Under the pieces are notes generated by a model. It had not been told where the DNA came from, did no database searches, and saw only the letters and a list, made by a program, of their open reading frames with translations. Shown piece by piece: positions 1 to 9,677 of a stretch of 64,000 bases of DNA. This stretch comes from a virus. How positions within the stretch are numbered: the first letter of the stretch is position 1; every line of letters starts with the position of its first letter. Position numbers and translations under genes: made by a program. The stretch is from the IMG/VR virus record IMGVR_UViG_3300020411_000003; one strand, 5' to 3'.

Positions 1-3000
1 GTCTTGGATAAGCATGCTCAGTAGCATTATTATCCATGTCACATGTAAATGTGAGAGATCCATCAGCAATCTTAATTCTGTCACCATCAGTGAATCCATG
101 ACCAGCAACTACCAGTGTTAATTCACCTGTTGCAGGATCATAAGAAGCATTAGTTGAACTATGATAGGTAGAACCAACATCCTTAACAACTAGAGAACTA
201 GTACCAGCAGGATCAGTAGGTCTAGGATATGCATGTTCTGTTGCATTGTTATCCTTATTACAGGTAAACTTAATAGAATTACCAATAATCTTAACGTCTT
301 GACCTGGCTCTAAATTATGCTGACCAACTGTTAATGTAAGATCACCAGTTGAAGGATTATATGCTGCATCACTTACATCAAGATTACCTTGAGATGTCTT
401 ACCAATATTAACAGTAATTTGATTAGTAGATGCTGCTAAGACTGGTAGATCCTCTTGGTATGCAGGGTCACTGATACGTGGATATGCATGAGAACTACCA
501 TGATTATCCATATCACAGGTAAATGTCAAAGCACCATAATCAATTCTTATACGATCATTAGCTTTCTTGATACCATTAGGATTAGCATCAATGAATGAAT
601 GAGTGTAGTTACCGCCAGTTGTAATTGCATTAGGTATAGCACTGACGAATGTATGTGCAGTTGTATTAGATGATGTACCAACATCTAAGGTTACTGTGTC
701 ATTGTATCTTGTTAATCCATTGGCAACAGCACCAACAAATGTATGTGCATAGTTACCACCAGAAATTAGAGCACCACTTGTAGCAGATACAAATGTGTGT
801 AGATAATTACCACCAGTCTTAACAGCACCTGCATCAGCAGACTTGAATGTGTGGACGTATCCACCACCAGACTTAACAGCACCTGCTAGTGCAGATACGA
901 AAGTATGTACATCTGTAGTCTTGCTTGAAGGTCCAACATTAATTGTGATAGTGTCAGCAGTAACACCAGTGATTTCTATTGCTTGATCATATGATCTGTC
1001 AACCTTAGAAGTAATACCGTTGGTGCTACCAGTTACGAACAAGTGAGCAGTGGTATTAGTAGAAGGAATAACATCCAATACTTGTACTTCAAATGTAGTT
1101 GAAGTTACATTAGAAACCTTCAACCACTTACTACTTACTGGATCAGTTACACGAGGATATGTGTGCTGAGTAGCATTATTATCCTCCATACATGTGAAGG
1201 TAAATGCACCAGTAGCAAACTGAACATAGTCACCGTTCTTGATGTTATGAGCAGCAGTTGTTACACTTAATATACCTGTAGCTGGATCATATGTTGTACC
1301 AGCAGCAGCTGTATGTGTTTCAGTAGCAGATCTAGGATAAGACTTAGCACTTTGACTACCAACAGAGAATCCAACGAATACTGTCATTGTTGTACCAGTG
1401 ACAGAATCTAGACCCAATGTTTCATTACGGAATGGGTCAGTAGCACGTGGATATGTGTGTTGTGTAGCATTATTGTCAGCATCACAAGTGAATGTCAATG
1501 CATCCTGTGCAAATGTAATTGTACTATTTGCTTTCTTAAGACCACTAGCAGTAGCTGATACAAATGTGTGTGCATAGTTTCCACCAGATGTAACACAATT
1601 AGCGGTTGCAGAAACAAATGTATGTGCTGTAGTATTAGTAGATGGGATTGTACTCAATACCTGAACACTAATTGTTGTAGCAGTTACATCTGTAATAGCA
1701 AATGCTTTATCAGAGAATGGATCAGTTGCACGTGGATATGTATGAGTTGTTGCGTGATTATCTTCAGCACAAGTGAATGTTAGAGAGTTATCAGCAATCT
1801 TAACAGCAGTACCAACAGTCAGACTATGAGCACCAATGGTAAGTTCCATTATACCAGTGGTAGGATCATAATTTGCACCTGTAGGTGTATGCTGTATTAA
1901 TGGAGATGAACCAACATCAACTGAGAATGAATCTTGAGTTACATTAGAAATTTGTAACCACTTACCGAATGTAGGATCAGATCTGCGTGGGTATGTCTTA
2001 GTAGAAACATTACCGTCCATAGCACAGTTAAGTGATATAGAACCTTCAGCAAATTTAACTCTATCACCATTACTAAATCCATGATTAGCAATAGTAACAA
2101 CCATAGCACCAGTTGCAGCATTATATGTTGCGTCTGTTACTGTATGTGTAGAAGCAGCATTTAAAGAGTGTGCTCCAACTTCAAGAACCAATTCACCTGT
2201 TATAGGATCGTAAGTTGTTCCAGAAGCTGCTGTCCAATTATTGCCACCACCATCGGTGATACCATTATTAGCACCAGTGATAAAGGTGTGTGGAACATTA
2301 CCATATGTACAACTGAATGTTACACCACCATCAGCAATCTTGATTGACTCACCAACAGTTAGACTGTGGTTTCCAATCTTCAATGTCATCTCACCTGTTG
2401 CAGGGTCGTATGAACCATCATCAACATTGTGACTTACTATTGGAGATTGACCAACATCAATAGTAATAGTTGTAGCTGTTACTGCTGTAATCTCAATAGA
2501 AGTATCATGTACAGGATCAGTTGAACGAGGATAAGACTTGACACTATAGTTTCCATCCATCTCACAAGTAAACTTGAGAGCATCATCATCGATCTTGATA
2601 CTTGTGCCAGCAGTTAAACTGTGACTACCTATAGTTAATTCCATCAATCCTGTGTTAGGATCATAGGTAGCATTAGTTGGTGTAAATTCTACAATAGGAG
2701 ACTTACCAACATTAACTGTAATATCACCACCTCTCTTAGAGATAGCGTGACTAGTTGCTCTCTTAAATGTATGAGCAGACTGTGGTAAATTCTTAATTGA
2801 ATTTGTTAATGCAGATACGAATGTATGTGCTGACTGAGGCTTATATTCAACAGCATCGGTAAGAGCAGATACAAATGTGTGAGCATATCTGTTAGCAGGA
2901 TCAGCATCAAAACCAACATTAATTGTTAATGTTCCGTCTTGCTTTAAGATACCGTTAGCAGAAGCAGAAACAAATGTGTGTACTGAGTTATCAGTAGAAG

Positions 3001-6000
3001 AACCAACATTAATTGTAAATGTATCAGTGGTTGCTGATAGAATAGGAACCCATCTGTTGCTTAGTGAATCAAAGTTAGTACGTGGATATGTTTTCTGACT
3101 TACATTACCATCAAGATCACATGTCAATGTAATAGAGTTATCTGCTACCTGAATGTAATCTCCTGGTGAGAATCCATGACTAGCAACAGTAACAACCATA
3201 GCACCAGTTGAAGGTGTGTAGTCAACATTAGTTGCTGTATGTTGTGTAGAACCAACTGCTGTAACAGCGATTGACTTACCAGCAAAAGGATCAGTACCAG
3301 GACGAGGATATGAATGCTGAGTAGCACCACCATCCTTATCACAAGTAAATGCTAATGAGTTATCTTTTAATACAATGTCAGTACCAACACGTAATCCATG
3401 TTGACCAACAGTAAGAACCATGTCACCATTGTTCTCATTATATGTTGCACCAGTAGGAGTTAGGAACTTATTAGAACCAGCAGCACCTACATTAAGTGTA
3501 AACTTACCTGTATCAATTGCTGTAATTGGAAGAGATCTTCCAGAAGCTTTATCTAAGTTTGCACGTGGATATGACTGAGCAACTTGGTTGCCATCCATTG
3601 TACATGTAAATGATAGAGCACCGTCATCCATGACGATTCCATCACCAACAGATAAATTATGAGGACCAACAGTAAGTTCTAAGTCACCTGTTGCAGGATC
3701 ATAAGAAGCATTAGTTGGAGTAAATTCTACGTTAGAACCAGCATCTGCAATCTGAACTTTGAATGTATTTTGTGCTACATCATAAACAGGTAACCAATCA
3801 CCAGAATAAGGATCAGTTGCACGTGGATACTTATGCTCGGAAGCATTGTTATCCATACCACATGTGAATGTCAAAGATTCCTTAGCAATCTTAATAAGTT
3901 CACCATTTGCTATTCCATGATTAGGAACAGTAAATTCAAGTACACCTGTAGATGGATTATAGTTAGCGTTAGAGATATCAAAGTCACCACCAACACCAAT
4001 AACTTCTAGTCCAGTATTATATGCAGGATCAGTTACACGAGGATAAGTATGGTTAGAACTATTTCCATCCATACCACATGTAAATGTTAATGCATCAGTA
4101 GCAAATCTGATATTCTCACCAACATCAATGTCATGATTTCCATCAACACTAACTGTTAACTGACCACTTGCAGGATCATAGTTAGCATTAGTAATATCAT
4201 ATGTTACTGCACCAGTAGTTCCAACATGTGCTTCAAAAGTATTATTGGTTGTGTTTGTAATAGTAACCCACTTACCACTGATAGGATCACTCTTACGTGG
4301 ATATGAATGCTCAGTAGCATTAGCATCCATTGCACAAGTAAAGATTAGAGAATCATCATCAAGTCTAATCTTATCTCCATCAGAGAATCCATGATTAGCA
4401 AGAGTAAATTCTATTGTACCTTTGTCAGGATTATATCCAGCACCAGTAACTGTATGCTTAGAACCATCTGCTACAATCTTAACAGAACTTTGATATGCTG
4501 GATCAGTAGAACGAGGATATACATGCTGTGTAGCATGATTATCTTGAGCACATGTAAATGTAAATGCAGAGTCTTCAACTCTTACATTCTGACCTTCACT
4601 TAACTGATGGTTTGGAATAGTTACAGTCAACAAACCAGTAGCAGGAGCAAATGAAGCAGCAGTTACATCATGTCCAACTAATAAAGACTTACCTACATCA
4701 ACACTGAATGTATTTGTATCTGCCTCAACAACCTCAATCCACTTATCACTAATAGGATCTGTAGAACGTGGGTATGTATGAACAGAAGCATTTCCATCCA
4801 TTGAACATGTCAATGTTAATGAATCATCTTCAATCTTAATCTTACTACCAGCAGCTAAACCATGAGCATTAGATGTAATAGTTAACCAACCAGTTTCAGG
4901 ATTATAAGTTGCATCTGAAGCAGTGATTGAAGTAGGACCAATTAGACCATGACTAGCAATGTCAAGAGTCAAATCACCTGTTGCTGGATCATACTCAGCA
5001 TCAGATGGTGTATACTCAGCAGTAGAAGAACGAATCAACATTCTCTCTACAGATTCAGCAGCAATCAGTTGCTTGTTAGCAAGAATCAAATTACGTGCAT
5101 CACCATTTCTGTCATTAACCACTTCAGGTGGTTCATAAGTGACAGTATTATCATATGTTTGAGTTAGACCATGACTACCAAACACAAATGCTTGCTCGTT
5201 ACGCATGATCTGGATAGACATATCCCTTGCATATTCAATAGCACGGATAGTCTCATTTTTCTTCTGTGAAATATACTGAACTGCACCACTATCATAGTGA
5301 TAAGCAGCATCCCATACTTCATCGTTACCACCATAAGCAGTGTTCTCAGCAATTGCTTCAACGATGTCAACTAAGTCATCTCTACAATCCTGTGGACCAT
5401 ATCCTTGAGGTGAAGTGTAGGATGGATAATCCAACACCATTCTGTCAAATGCTTCAGCAGCAATGAATAATTTGTTTGAAAGTAATAGGTTTCTAGCATC
5501 ACCATTACGATCAGAGATTACCTTCTTCGTAGAGAAAGTTGCTTTTTGTCCAAGTTCGATCTCTGTTGATGAGACAACTCTCTTAACGTATGTGTTATCT
5601 GGAATAACAGGAGATGCAGGACGTGTAGCACCAGTATTAAGTTTATTATCTGTAAACTCACTAGGATCATAGTCAGCAACTGTCATACCCTGTACAACAC
5701 CACTGGTATCACCAATATCAACAATGGCAGATCCACCAGTAGTTTCTACACCAGTACGTAAGTATGAGAAATTACGTATAGATGCAATAGCAAGATCTCT
5801 AGCGTAGTCGTAACCCTCTAGAGTTTCAGTAAGTTCTGATGTAATATATGATAAGTTATTACCAACATAATATGATTCAGCAGCCTGAATAGTATTAATG
5901 TTACCACCAAGTCTTAAATCTTGAATAGTAGCATCAAGTAGATATCCAATGTCACGACGACACTTAACAATATCAATACCTTCTCTGTCTAAGAGGTATG

Positions 6001-8020
6001 GATACTTATTAGTAATGAATCCGTATGCCTCGTAAGCAATAAATTCTTTATTTGCTTCGATAAGGTCAGCAGCATCAAGATCCTTATTATTAATTGTAAT
6101 TCCAGTAGGATTAAGAATACTTGCAGTTGCATTGAATTTCTTAAATCCATTAGGAGATAAGGTTGCACTGAAAATATTGCTACTTCCAGCAGTTCTAGGA
6201 ATTAATTTTACATATAACTTTTCATCTGACCTAGCACCTATACGGAATCCATCAATAGATGCAGCGAGACGTGTCTCAGGATTATATCCTTCATCGTCTC
6301 CAAGATAGATCTTAGTCTGGTCTGATGCAGTGTTAAGATTTTTGGTAGCTGGAATATCAATAGTATAATAAGCATTCTTCTTGATATTTCCAGTAGTTGT
6401 ATCCACCACTTTAGGTGGAACAATGTCAGTAATATATCCACCCTTATCCTGTGCAAAGGCATATCCTTTATGACCGATAGCATGTAAGGATGTATTACCA
6501 AAGTTGGAGTTAGAGTTGGTGATACTCATATCACCACCACTTTCCATTAAGAAGTGATCAGCGAAACCAACAGCGAAGATACTAACACACTGAATGAATG
6601 CGTCTTCAGATGCACGAACGTGGAAGTTTCTCCAGTCATCCTTCCAGAATGCATCACCCTTAGTATGATAAGGTACTGTTGCAAATGCGTCTGTTAGAGA
6701 TGCTTGGTTAAATGTGTTTGTAAACTCATCATATCTGATGAATGCTCTATCGTCTTTCTGTAGAGATACACCAGTGTACTGAGCGATAACCATTGATTTG
6801 AAACCAGTGGCTTTCAAACCATTTGCCCAGATACCACAAATACCCCATGTAGATCTGATGGAGCAGTTGAATACGTATGGAGATGCAGATTCAACAGAGT
6901 CAACTTCTGCTTTAACAACTGCGTTTGAATCTAAACCATTTGCAGCAGTATATGTTGTGCCACTTATTAAAGATGTACTAGTTCCAAGAGCAGCAACAGT
7001 TCCTGGTATATTATAGGAGAACTTACGTTGATCAACTAAATCAATCTCAGAGATTGTGAATACACCATCAAGTTGTTCATCTAGACCATTGTTTTCAATA
7101 GCAACGAACTGGTTCTTGAAGTAACCATGATTAACTTTAGATGTTACTTCAACATTAATTGTTCCTGCTGGTGCAGAATCTGTAAGTTTAATACTCTCAA
7201 TAGAACGAATATCTGAGAGAGGTCCAACAATTCTAGTCTCTTGAATTCTATCACTGAATTCACCTGGATCATCAATTGTTGGTTGATATTGTGAAAATGC
7301 TTTAGCAACTTTCTGATAATACAGACCTAATTCTTCTTTGTCTGCATACTCAAAAACAGTCAGTTTATGGTGAGAGAAGTTTGGTACAGCTTTTGCAGTC
7401 CAATCACCATTTTGATAATAAACTTTACCAATTCCGTCAGAATTGTCAAACAATGGTGACGCAGGTTCTAAATCACCATCTCTGATAGTGAACTGCCAGA
7501 AGTAACAACCACCAGTAACATTGAATATAGCAGAGCGAGCTTCTAAGCGATCAGCAGGATCGGGAACAAACAGTGGATGAACTGATGTTCTACGTAGGTC
7601 ATAACCAATAATAGAAGAACCACGAGGGATAATAGCACCACCCTCAGTGTTGTTAAATTTGTAGAGACAGTTGTTAGGATCACCAATATCTAAGTTAGAA
7701 TTGTCAACCCATTCGTTGAGTGCTTGATCAAATTGGAACGGATCGATTCCATCAGCAGTAGCAAGACCAGGTCTGTTATCAACGTAATGCTTACCTGGCA
7801 TCACCATGACAGTAAACTGGTCAAACCTATCGTTATCAGGACCTGGTTGGTAAGAGAATCGTGAAATCTCTAAAAATGCCCTCTGAATAGATTTAAACGG
7901 TCTAATAGGGGAGTTACCTCTATTATTAATCTCATCCGTTGCGTTAAAATCGTCAGGAGAAACATACAAATACTTACCAGTTTTAGAACTAATAAGATTG
8001 TCAAGTCTTGTCAAAGCCAT
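1..8020 (-). CDS. Giant virion structural/fibre-like protein, 3'-truncated by the window edge (>2670 aa)
   Basis: Not in the ORF track. ATG at 8020 reads MALTRLDNLISSKTGKYLYVSPDDFNATDEINNRGNSPIRPFKSIQRAF, an N-terminus typical of giant cyanomyovirus structural proteins. The frame was spot-checked at 4774 and 229, not base by base. Late promoter upstream. Confidence 0.88.
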   Translation of the reverse strand, partial: MALTRLDNLISSKTGKYLYVSPDDFNATDEINNRGNSPIRPFKSIQRAFLEISRFSYQPGPDNDRFDQFTVMVMPGKHYVDNRPGLATADGIDPFQFDQALNEWVDNSNLDIGDPNNCLYKFNNTEGGAIIPRGSSIIGYDLRRTSVHPLFVPDPADRLEARSAIFNVTGGCYFWQFTIRDGDLEPASPLFDNSDGIGKVYYQNGDWTAKAVPNFSHHKLTVFEYADKEELGLYYQKVAKAFSQYQPTIDDPGEFSDRIQETRIVGPLSDIRSIESIKLTDSAPAGTINVEVTSKVNHGYFKNQFVAIENNGLDEQLDGVFTISEIDLVDQRKFSYNIPGTVAALGTSTSLISGTTYTAANGLDSNAVVKAEVDSVESASPYVFNCSIRSTWGICGIWANGLKATGFKSMVIAQYTGVSLQKDDRAFIRYDEFTNTFNQASLTDAFATVPYHTKGDAFWKDDWRNFHVRASEDAFIQCVSIFAVGFADHFLMESGGDMSITNSNSNFGNTSLHAIGHKGYAFAQDKGGYITDIVPPKVVDTTTGNIKKNAYYTIDIPATKNLNTASDQTKIYLGDDEGYNPETRLAASIDGFRIGARSDEKLYVKLIPRTAGSSNIFSATLSPNGFKKFNATASILNPTGITINNKDLDAADLIEANKEFIAYEAYGFITNKYPYLLDREGIDIVKCRRDIGYLLDATIQDLRLGGNINTIQAAESYYVGNNLSYITSELTETLEGYDYARDLAIASIRNFSYLRTGVETTGGSAIVDIGDTSGVVQGMTVADYDPSEFTDNKLNTGATRPASPVIPDNTYVKRVVSSTEIELGQKATFSTKKVISDRNGDARNLLLSNKLFIAAEAFDRMVLDYPSYTSPQGYGPQDCRDDLVDIVEAIAENTAYGGNDEVWDAAYHYDSGAVQYISQKKNETIRAIEYARDMSIQIMRNEQAFVFGSHGLTQTYDNTVTYEPPEVVNDRNGDARNLILANKQLIAAESVERMLIRSSTAEYTPSDAEYDPATGDLTLDIASHGLIGPTSITASDATYNPETGWLTITSNAHGLAAGSKIKIEDDSLTLTCSMDGNASVHTYPRSTDPISDKWIEVVEADTNTFSVDVGKSLLVGHDVTAASFAPATGLLTVTIPNHQLSEGQNVRVEDSAFTFTCAQDNHATQHVYPRSTDPAYQSSVKIVADGSKHTVTGAGYNPDKGTIEFTLANHGFSDGDKIRLDDDSLIFTCAMDANATEHSYPRKSDPISGKWVTITNTTNNTFEAHVGTTGAVTYDITNANYDPASGQLTVSVDGNHDIDVGENIRFATDALTFTCGMDGNSSNHTYPRVTDPAYNTGLEVIGVGGDFDISNANYNPSTGVLEFTVPNHGIANGELIKIAKESLTFTCGMDNNASEHKYPRATDPYSGDWLPVYDVAQNTFKVQIADAGSNVEFTPTNASYDPATGDLELTVGPHNLSVGDGIVMDDGALSFTCTMDGNQVAQSYPRANLDKASGRSLPITAIDTGKFTLNVGAAGSNKFLTPTGATYNENNGDMVLTVGQHGLRVGTDIVLKDNSLAFTCDKDGGATQHSYPRPGTDPFAGKSIAVTAVGSTQHTATNVDYTPSTGAMVVTVASHGFSPGDYIQVADNSITLTCDLDGNVSQKTYPRTNFDSLSNRWVPILSATTDTFTINVGSSTDNSVHTFVSASANGILKQDGTLTINVGFDADPANRYAHTFVSALTDAVEYKPQSAHTFVSALTNSIKNLPQSAHTFKRATSHAISKRGGDITVNVGKSPIVEFTPTNATYDPNTGLMELTIGSHSLTAGTSIKIDDDALKFTCEMDGNYSVKSYPRSTDPVHDTSIEITAVTATTITIDVGQSPIVSHNVDDGSYDPATGEMTLKIGNHSLTVGESIKIADGGVTFSCTYGNVPHTFITGANNGITDGGGNNWTAASGTTYDPITGELVLEVGAHSLNAASTHTVTDATYNAATGAMVVTIANHGFSNGDRVKFAEGSISLNCAMDGNVSTKTYPRRSDPTFGKWLQISNVTQDSFSVDVGSSPLIQHTPTGANYDPTTGIMELTIGAHSLTVGTAVKIADNSLTFTCAEDNHATTHTYPRATDPFSDKAFAITDVTATTISVQVLSTIPSTNTTAHTFVSATANCVTSGGNYAHTFVSATASGLKKANSTITFAQDALTFTCDADNNATQHTYPRATDPFRNETLGLDSVTGTTMTVFVGFSVGSQSAKSYPRSATETHTAAAGTTYDPATGILSVTTAAHNIKNGDYVQFATGAFTFTCMEDNNATQHTYPRVTDPVSSKWLKVSNVTSTTFEVQVLDVIPSTNTTAHLFVTGSTNGITSKVDRSYDQAIEITGVTADTITINVGPSSKTTDVHTFVSALAGAVKSGGGYVHTFKSADAGAVKTGGNYLHTFVSATSGALISGGNYAHTFVGAVANGLTRYNDTVTLDVGTSSNTTAHTFVSAIPNAITTGGNYTHSFIDANPNGIKKANDRIRIDYGALTFTCDMDNHGSSHAYPRISDPAYQEDLPVLAASTNQITVNIGKTSQGNLDVSDAAYNPSTGDLTLTVGQHNLEPGQDVKIIGNSIKFTCNKDNNATEHAYPRPTDPAGTSSLVVKDVGSTYHSSTNASYDPATGELTLVVAGHGFTDGDRIKIADGSLTFTCDMDNNATEHAYPR
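200..4950 (-). repeat. Coding tandem repeats (~75-95 aa) within the giant protein
   Basis: About 16 copies of the motif YxPxTG...HGL...TCxxD...HxYPRxxDP, with YPR near 222, 477, 1152, 1332, 1444, 1729, 1985, 2525, 3081, 3302, 3562, 3820, 4037, 4295, 4512 and 4766, interspersed with HTFVSA segments. Confidence 0.85.
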
Positions 8021-8055
8021 ATCTGATCCAGCTTAATGTTAGTTGGTGCTCAGAT

Positions 8056-8063
8056 TATTTATA
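8056..8063 (-). promoter_or_regulatory. T4-type late promoter TATAAATA
   Basis: Exact consensus about 35 nt upstream of the giant protein start. Confidence 0.75.
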
Positions 8064-8135
8064 CAAGAAAATCCTTGATTTCGCTTAGGTTCTAGAGAAA
8101 TTACATCGATGTGATTTTAACCCAGTTCGAAAAAG

Positions 8136-8209
8136 TAGGAGTGGTGGGATTCGAACCCACACTGGAAAGATTTTAAGTCTTCTATCTCTGCCGATTGGAT
8201 TACACTCCC
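8136..8209 (-). tRNA. tRNA-Leu(UAA), short variable loop
   Basis: Acceptor GGGAGTG/CACTCCT, anticodon loop CT-TAA-AA, T-arm GTGGG TTCGAAT CCCAC, discriminator A, no encoded CCA. Confidence 0.88.
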
Positions 8210-8212
8210 AAA

Positions 8213-8286
8213 CGACTCAGGTAGGATTCGAACCTACGACCGACTGCTTAGAAGGCAGTTGCTCTTGTCCACTGAGCTACTGAGTC
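8213..8286 (-). tRNA. tRNA-Arg(UCU)
   Basis: GACTCAG/CTGAGTC acceptor, ACTGC CT-TCT-AA GCAGT anticodon arm, canonical T-arm. Confidence 0.95.
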
Positions 8287-8288
8287 AA

Positions 8289-8361
8289 TAGGGGTTACGG
8301 GGATCGAACCCGTCTCCTATCAATTATGAGTTGATTGCATTCACCAGATTGCTAAACCCCT
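8289..8361 (-). tRNA. tRNA with CAU anticodon (elongator Met or Ile2)
   Basis: AGGGGTT/AACCCCT acceptor, ATCAA CT-CAT-AA TTGAT. It has no initiator features; Met versus Ile2 cannot be decided by eye. Confidence 0.85.
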
Positions 8362-8708
8362 GGTATTAAAACTAAATCTGGTAATTCCCTTAAACCTGCA
8401 TGAACTAATCTATGACAATTAGCACATAATGGAACACACTTGTCAACCTCCTCTTTCAGTGATGCGTACGGACCTGTTCTGACTAAACCTGTTATACTTA
8501 CTGTTTTTTCTGAATTGTCTGCATGATGGAGATCCATCACACATACAGGGTATTGTATATTGCAGATGACACAAGGATTTGACTTGGCATCATCTACCAA
8601 TTTCTGCCTATTTTTCGGACCTCTTTGATTTGCTCGTTTGGTTTTACCATTTTTACGAGCCCATTCTCTTTGGTACTCTCTATTCTTCTGTTTGTCCTTT
8701 ATTGGCAT
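8352..8708 (-). CDS. HNH endonuclease (putative free-standing homing endonuclease)
   Basis: CxxC...DLHH...CVPLCANCHRLVH motif with a basic N-terminus. Confidence 0.88.
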   Translation of the reverse strand: MPIKDKQKNREYQREWARKNGKTKRANQRGPKNRQKLVDDAKSNPCVICNIQYPVCVMDLHHADNSEKTVSITGLVRTGPYASLKEEVDKCVPLCANCHRLVHAGLRELPDLVLIPGV

Positions 8709-8823
8709 GTAATTTGTCTAATGCTTTCTTTACTTCAGGAGTCTCTTCCCATTCCCATATATTAGTATGCTTAGGGTTCTTTTTTTCTTGCTTGAAGGTT
8801 TTTTTCACAGTTCTTAATTTCAT
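8680..8823 (-). CDS. Small basic hypothetical protein (47 aa)
   Basis: Read by hand: MKLRTVKKTFKQEKKNPKHTNMWEWEETPEVKKALDKLHANKGQTEE. The start overlaps the upstream stop. Confidence 0.6.
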   Translation of the reverse strand: MKLRTVKKTFKQEKKNPKHTNIWEWEETPEVKKALDKLHANKGQTEE

Positions 8824-9368
8824 TGTTTCTCGAAGAAGTTAAAGTTTACCACACACTTGAACCGATTGTCAAGTTGACTCACACCTCTATGTTTTAAATT
8901 TGCTGGAAATTTTACTAGACGATTAGCAACTGCTTCTGTTACTGTACCATCCTCAAACTCAGTAAATCCATCACATGTGTTAACATAATATATGGCGGTT
9001 GTCATTGTGTTGCTTGGAATTGGGTTTCCATTTTCCATTTCTGCCCAATCATAATGAAAATCACTATAAAATCTCTTACTTTTTAGTGGTTCTAGATTTG
9101 CTTTAACTTTATGTAATGCAATAAAGTCTAGTCTATTCACTAAAGGTAATATAGATTGAAAATCTGGAGATATTTCATATCTAAAATTGCCACCGAATGC
9201 TTCTTGAAAATAAAATGGGTGAGTAAACTGATAATTGTCAATATCCTGTTCATTTGGACCACATGTAACTTTATGTTGCTGATATGTCCATAAGAGAACT
9301 CCTCCCATGAAATATTGTTCAAGATGTACGAATTCTTCTTGTGGTAAAAAATTATCTAATATTTCCAT
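8820..9368 (-). CDS. 2OG-Fe(II) oxygenase
   Basis: FHYD (HxD) ... LKHRG ... RFKCVVNFN motifs. Start refined to ATG 9368 because the track start lies within a hairpin. Confidence 0.85.
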   Translation of the reverse strand: MEILDNFLPQEEFVHLEQYFMGGVLLWTYQQHKVTCGPNEQDIDNYQFTHPFYFQEAFGGNFRYEISPDFQSILPLVNRLDFIALHKVKANLEPLKSKRFYSDFHYDWAEMENGNPIPSNTMTTAIYYVNTCDGFTEFEDGTVTEAVANRLVKFPANLKHRGVSQLDNRFKCVVNFNFFEKQ

Positions 9369-9376
9369 TGTATGAA

Positions 9377-9393
9377 GGGGGTATTCCACCCCC
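9377..9393 (-). terminator. Hairpin at the 3' end of the tmRNA coding piece
   Basis: GGGGGT-GGAAT-ACCCCC; the U-tail is weak. Confidence 0.5.
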
Positions 9394-9394
9394 G

Positions 9395-9667
9395 ATAGGT
9401 TATTTGGGTTAGAAGGCTAACCTAACCCCCATCTCACCTTATGGTCTAAACAGCCACGAGGTCACGAGTTGCAACCTTGCTGAATGGACGTGAGAATGCT
9501 ACGATGTTATTCGCAGCAGGTGTATCTGTTTTAGCAGATGTTGTTTGCTTATCCAAGCAGGTTTCAGTCCCGATCCTTATACCCTGTCGAAGCCATGGCA
9601 TCCCCTCGAATGGAGATGACGGGAATCGAACCCGTGTCCAGAATGTAGGTGTCGTCACCTATTCCCC
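9395..9667 (-). ncRNA. ssrA: Circularly permuted (two-piece) tmRNA, marine cyanobacterial type
   Basis: The 3' T-arm/acceptor part (GGACACGGGTTCGATTCCCGTCATCTCCA, ending 9611) precedes a 5-nt spacer and the 5' part GGGGATGCCATGGCTTCGAC (from 9605). The acceptor stem has G3:U70 and A73. The tag frame 9514-9446 reads ANNIVAFSRPFSKVATRDLVAV*, resembling the marine cyanobacterial ANxIVxFSR tag. Confidence 0.88.
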
Positions 9668-9677
9668 AGAAGGGGAA

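Noticed and set aside
200-4950. Possible CRISPR-like or non-coding repeat array
   Set aside because: The repeats are degenerate at third codon positions and in frame, so they are protein repeats. No CRISPR array was seen anywhere in the window.
1568-7016. Short ORFs on both strands within the first 8 kb
   Set aside because: They are shadow frames of the giant minus-strand CDS.
9446-9658. 70-aa ORF in the track
   Set aside because: It is the tmRNA read as protein; only the last 22 codons (the tag) are meaningful.
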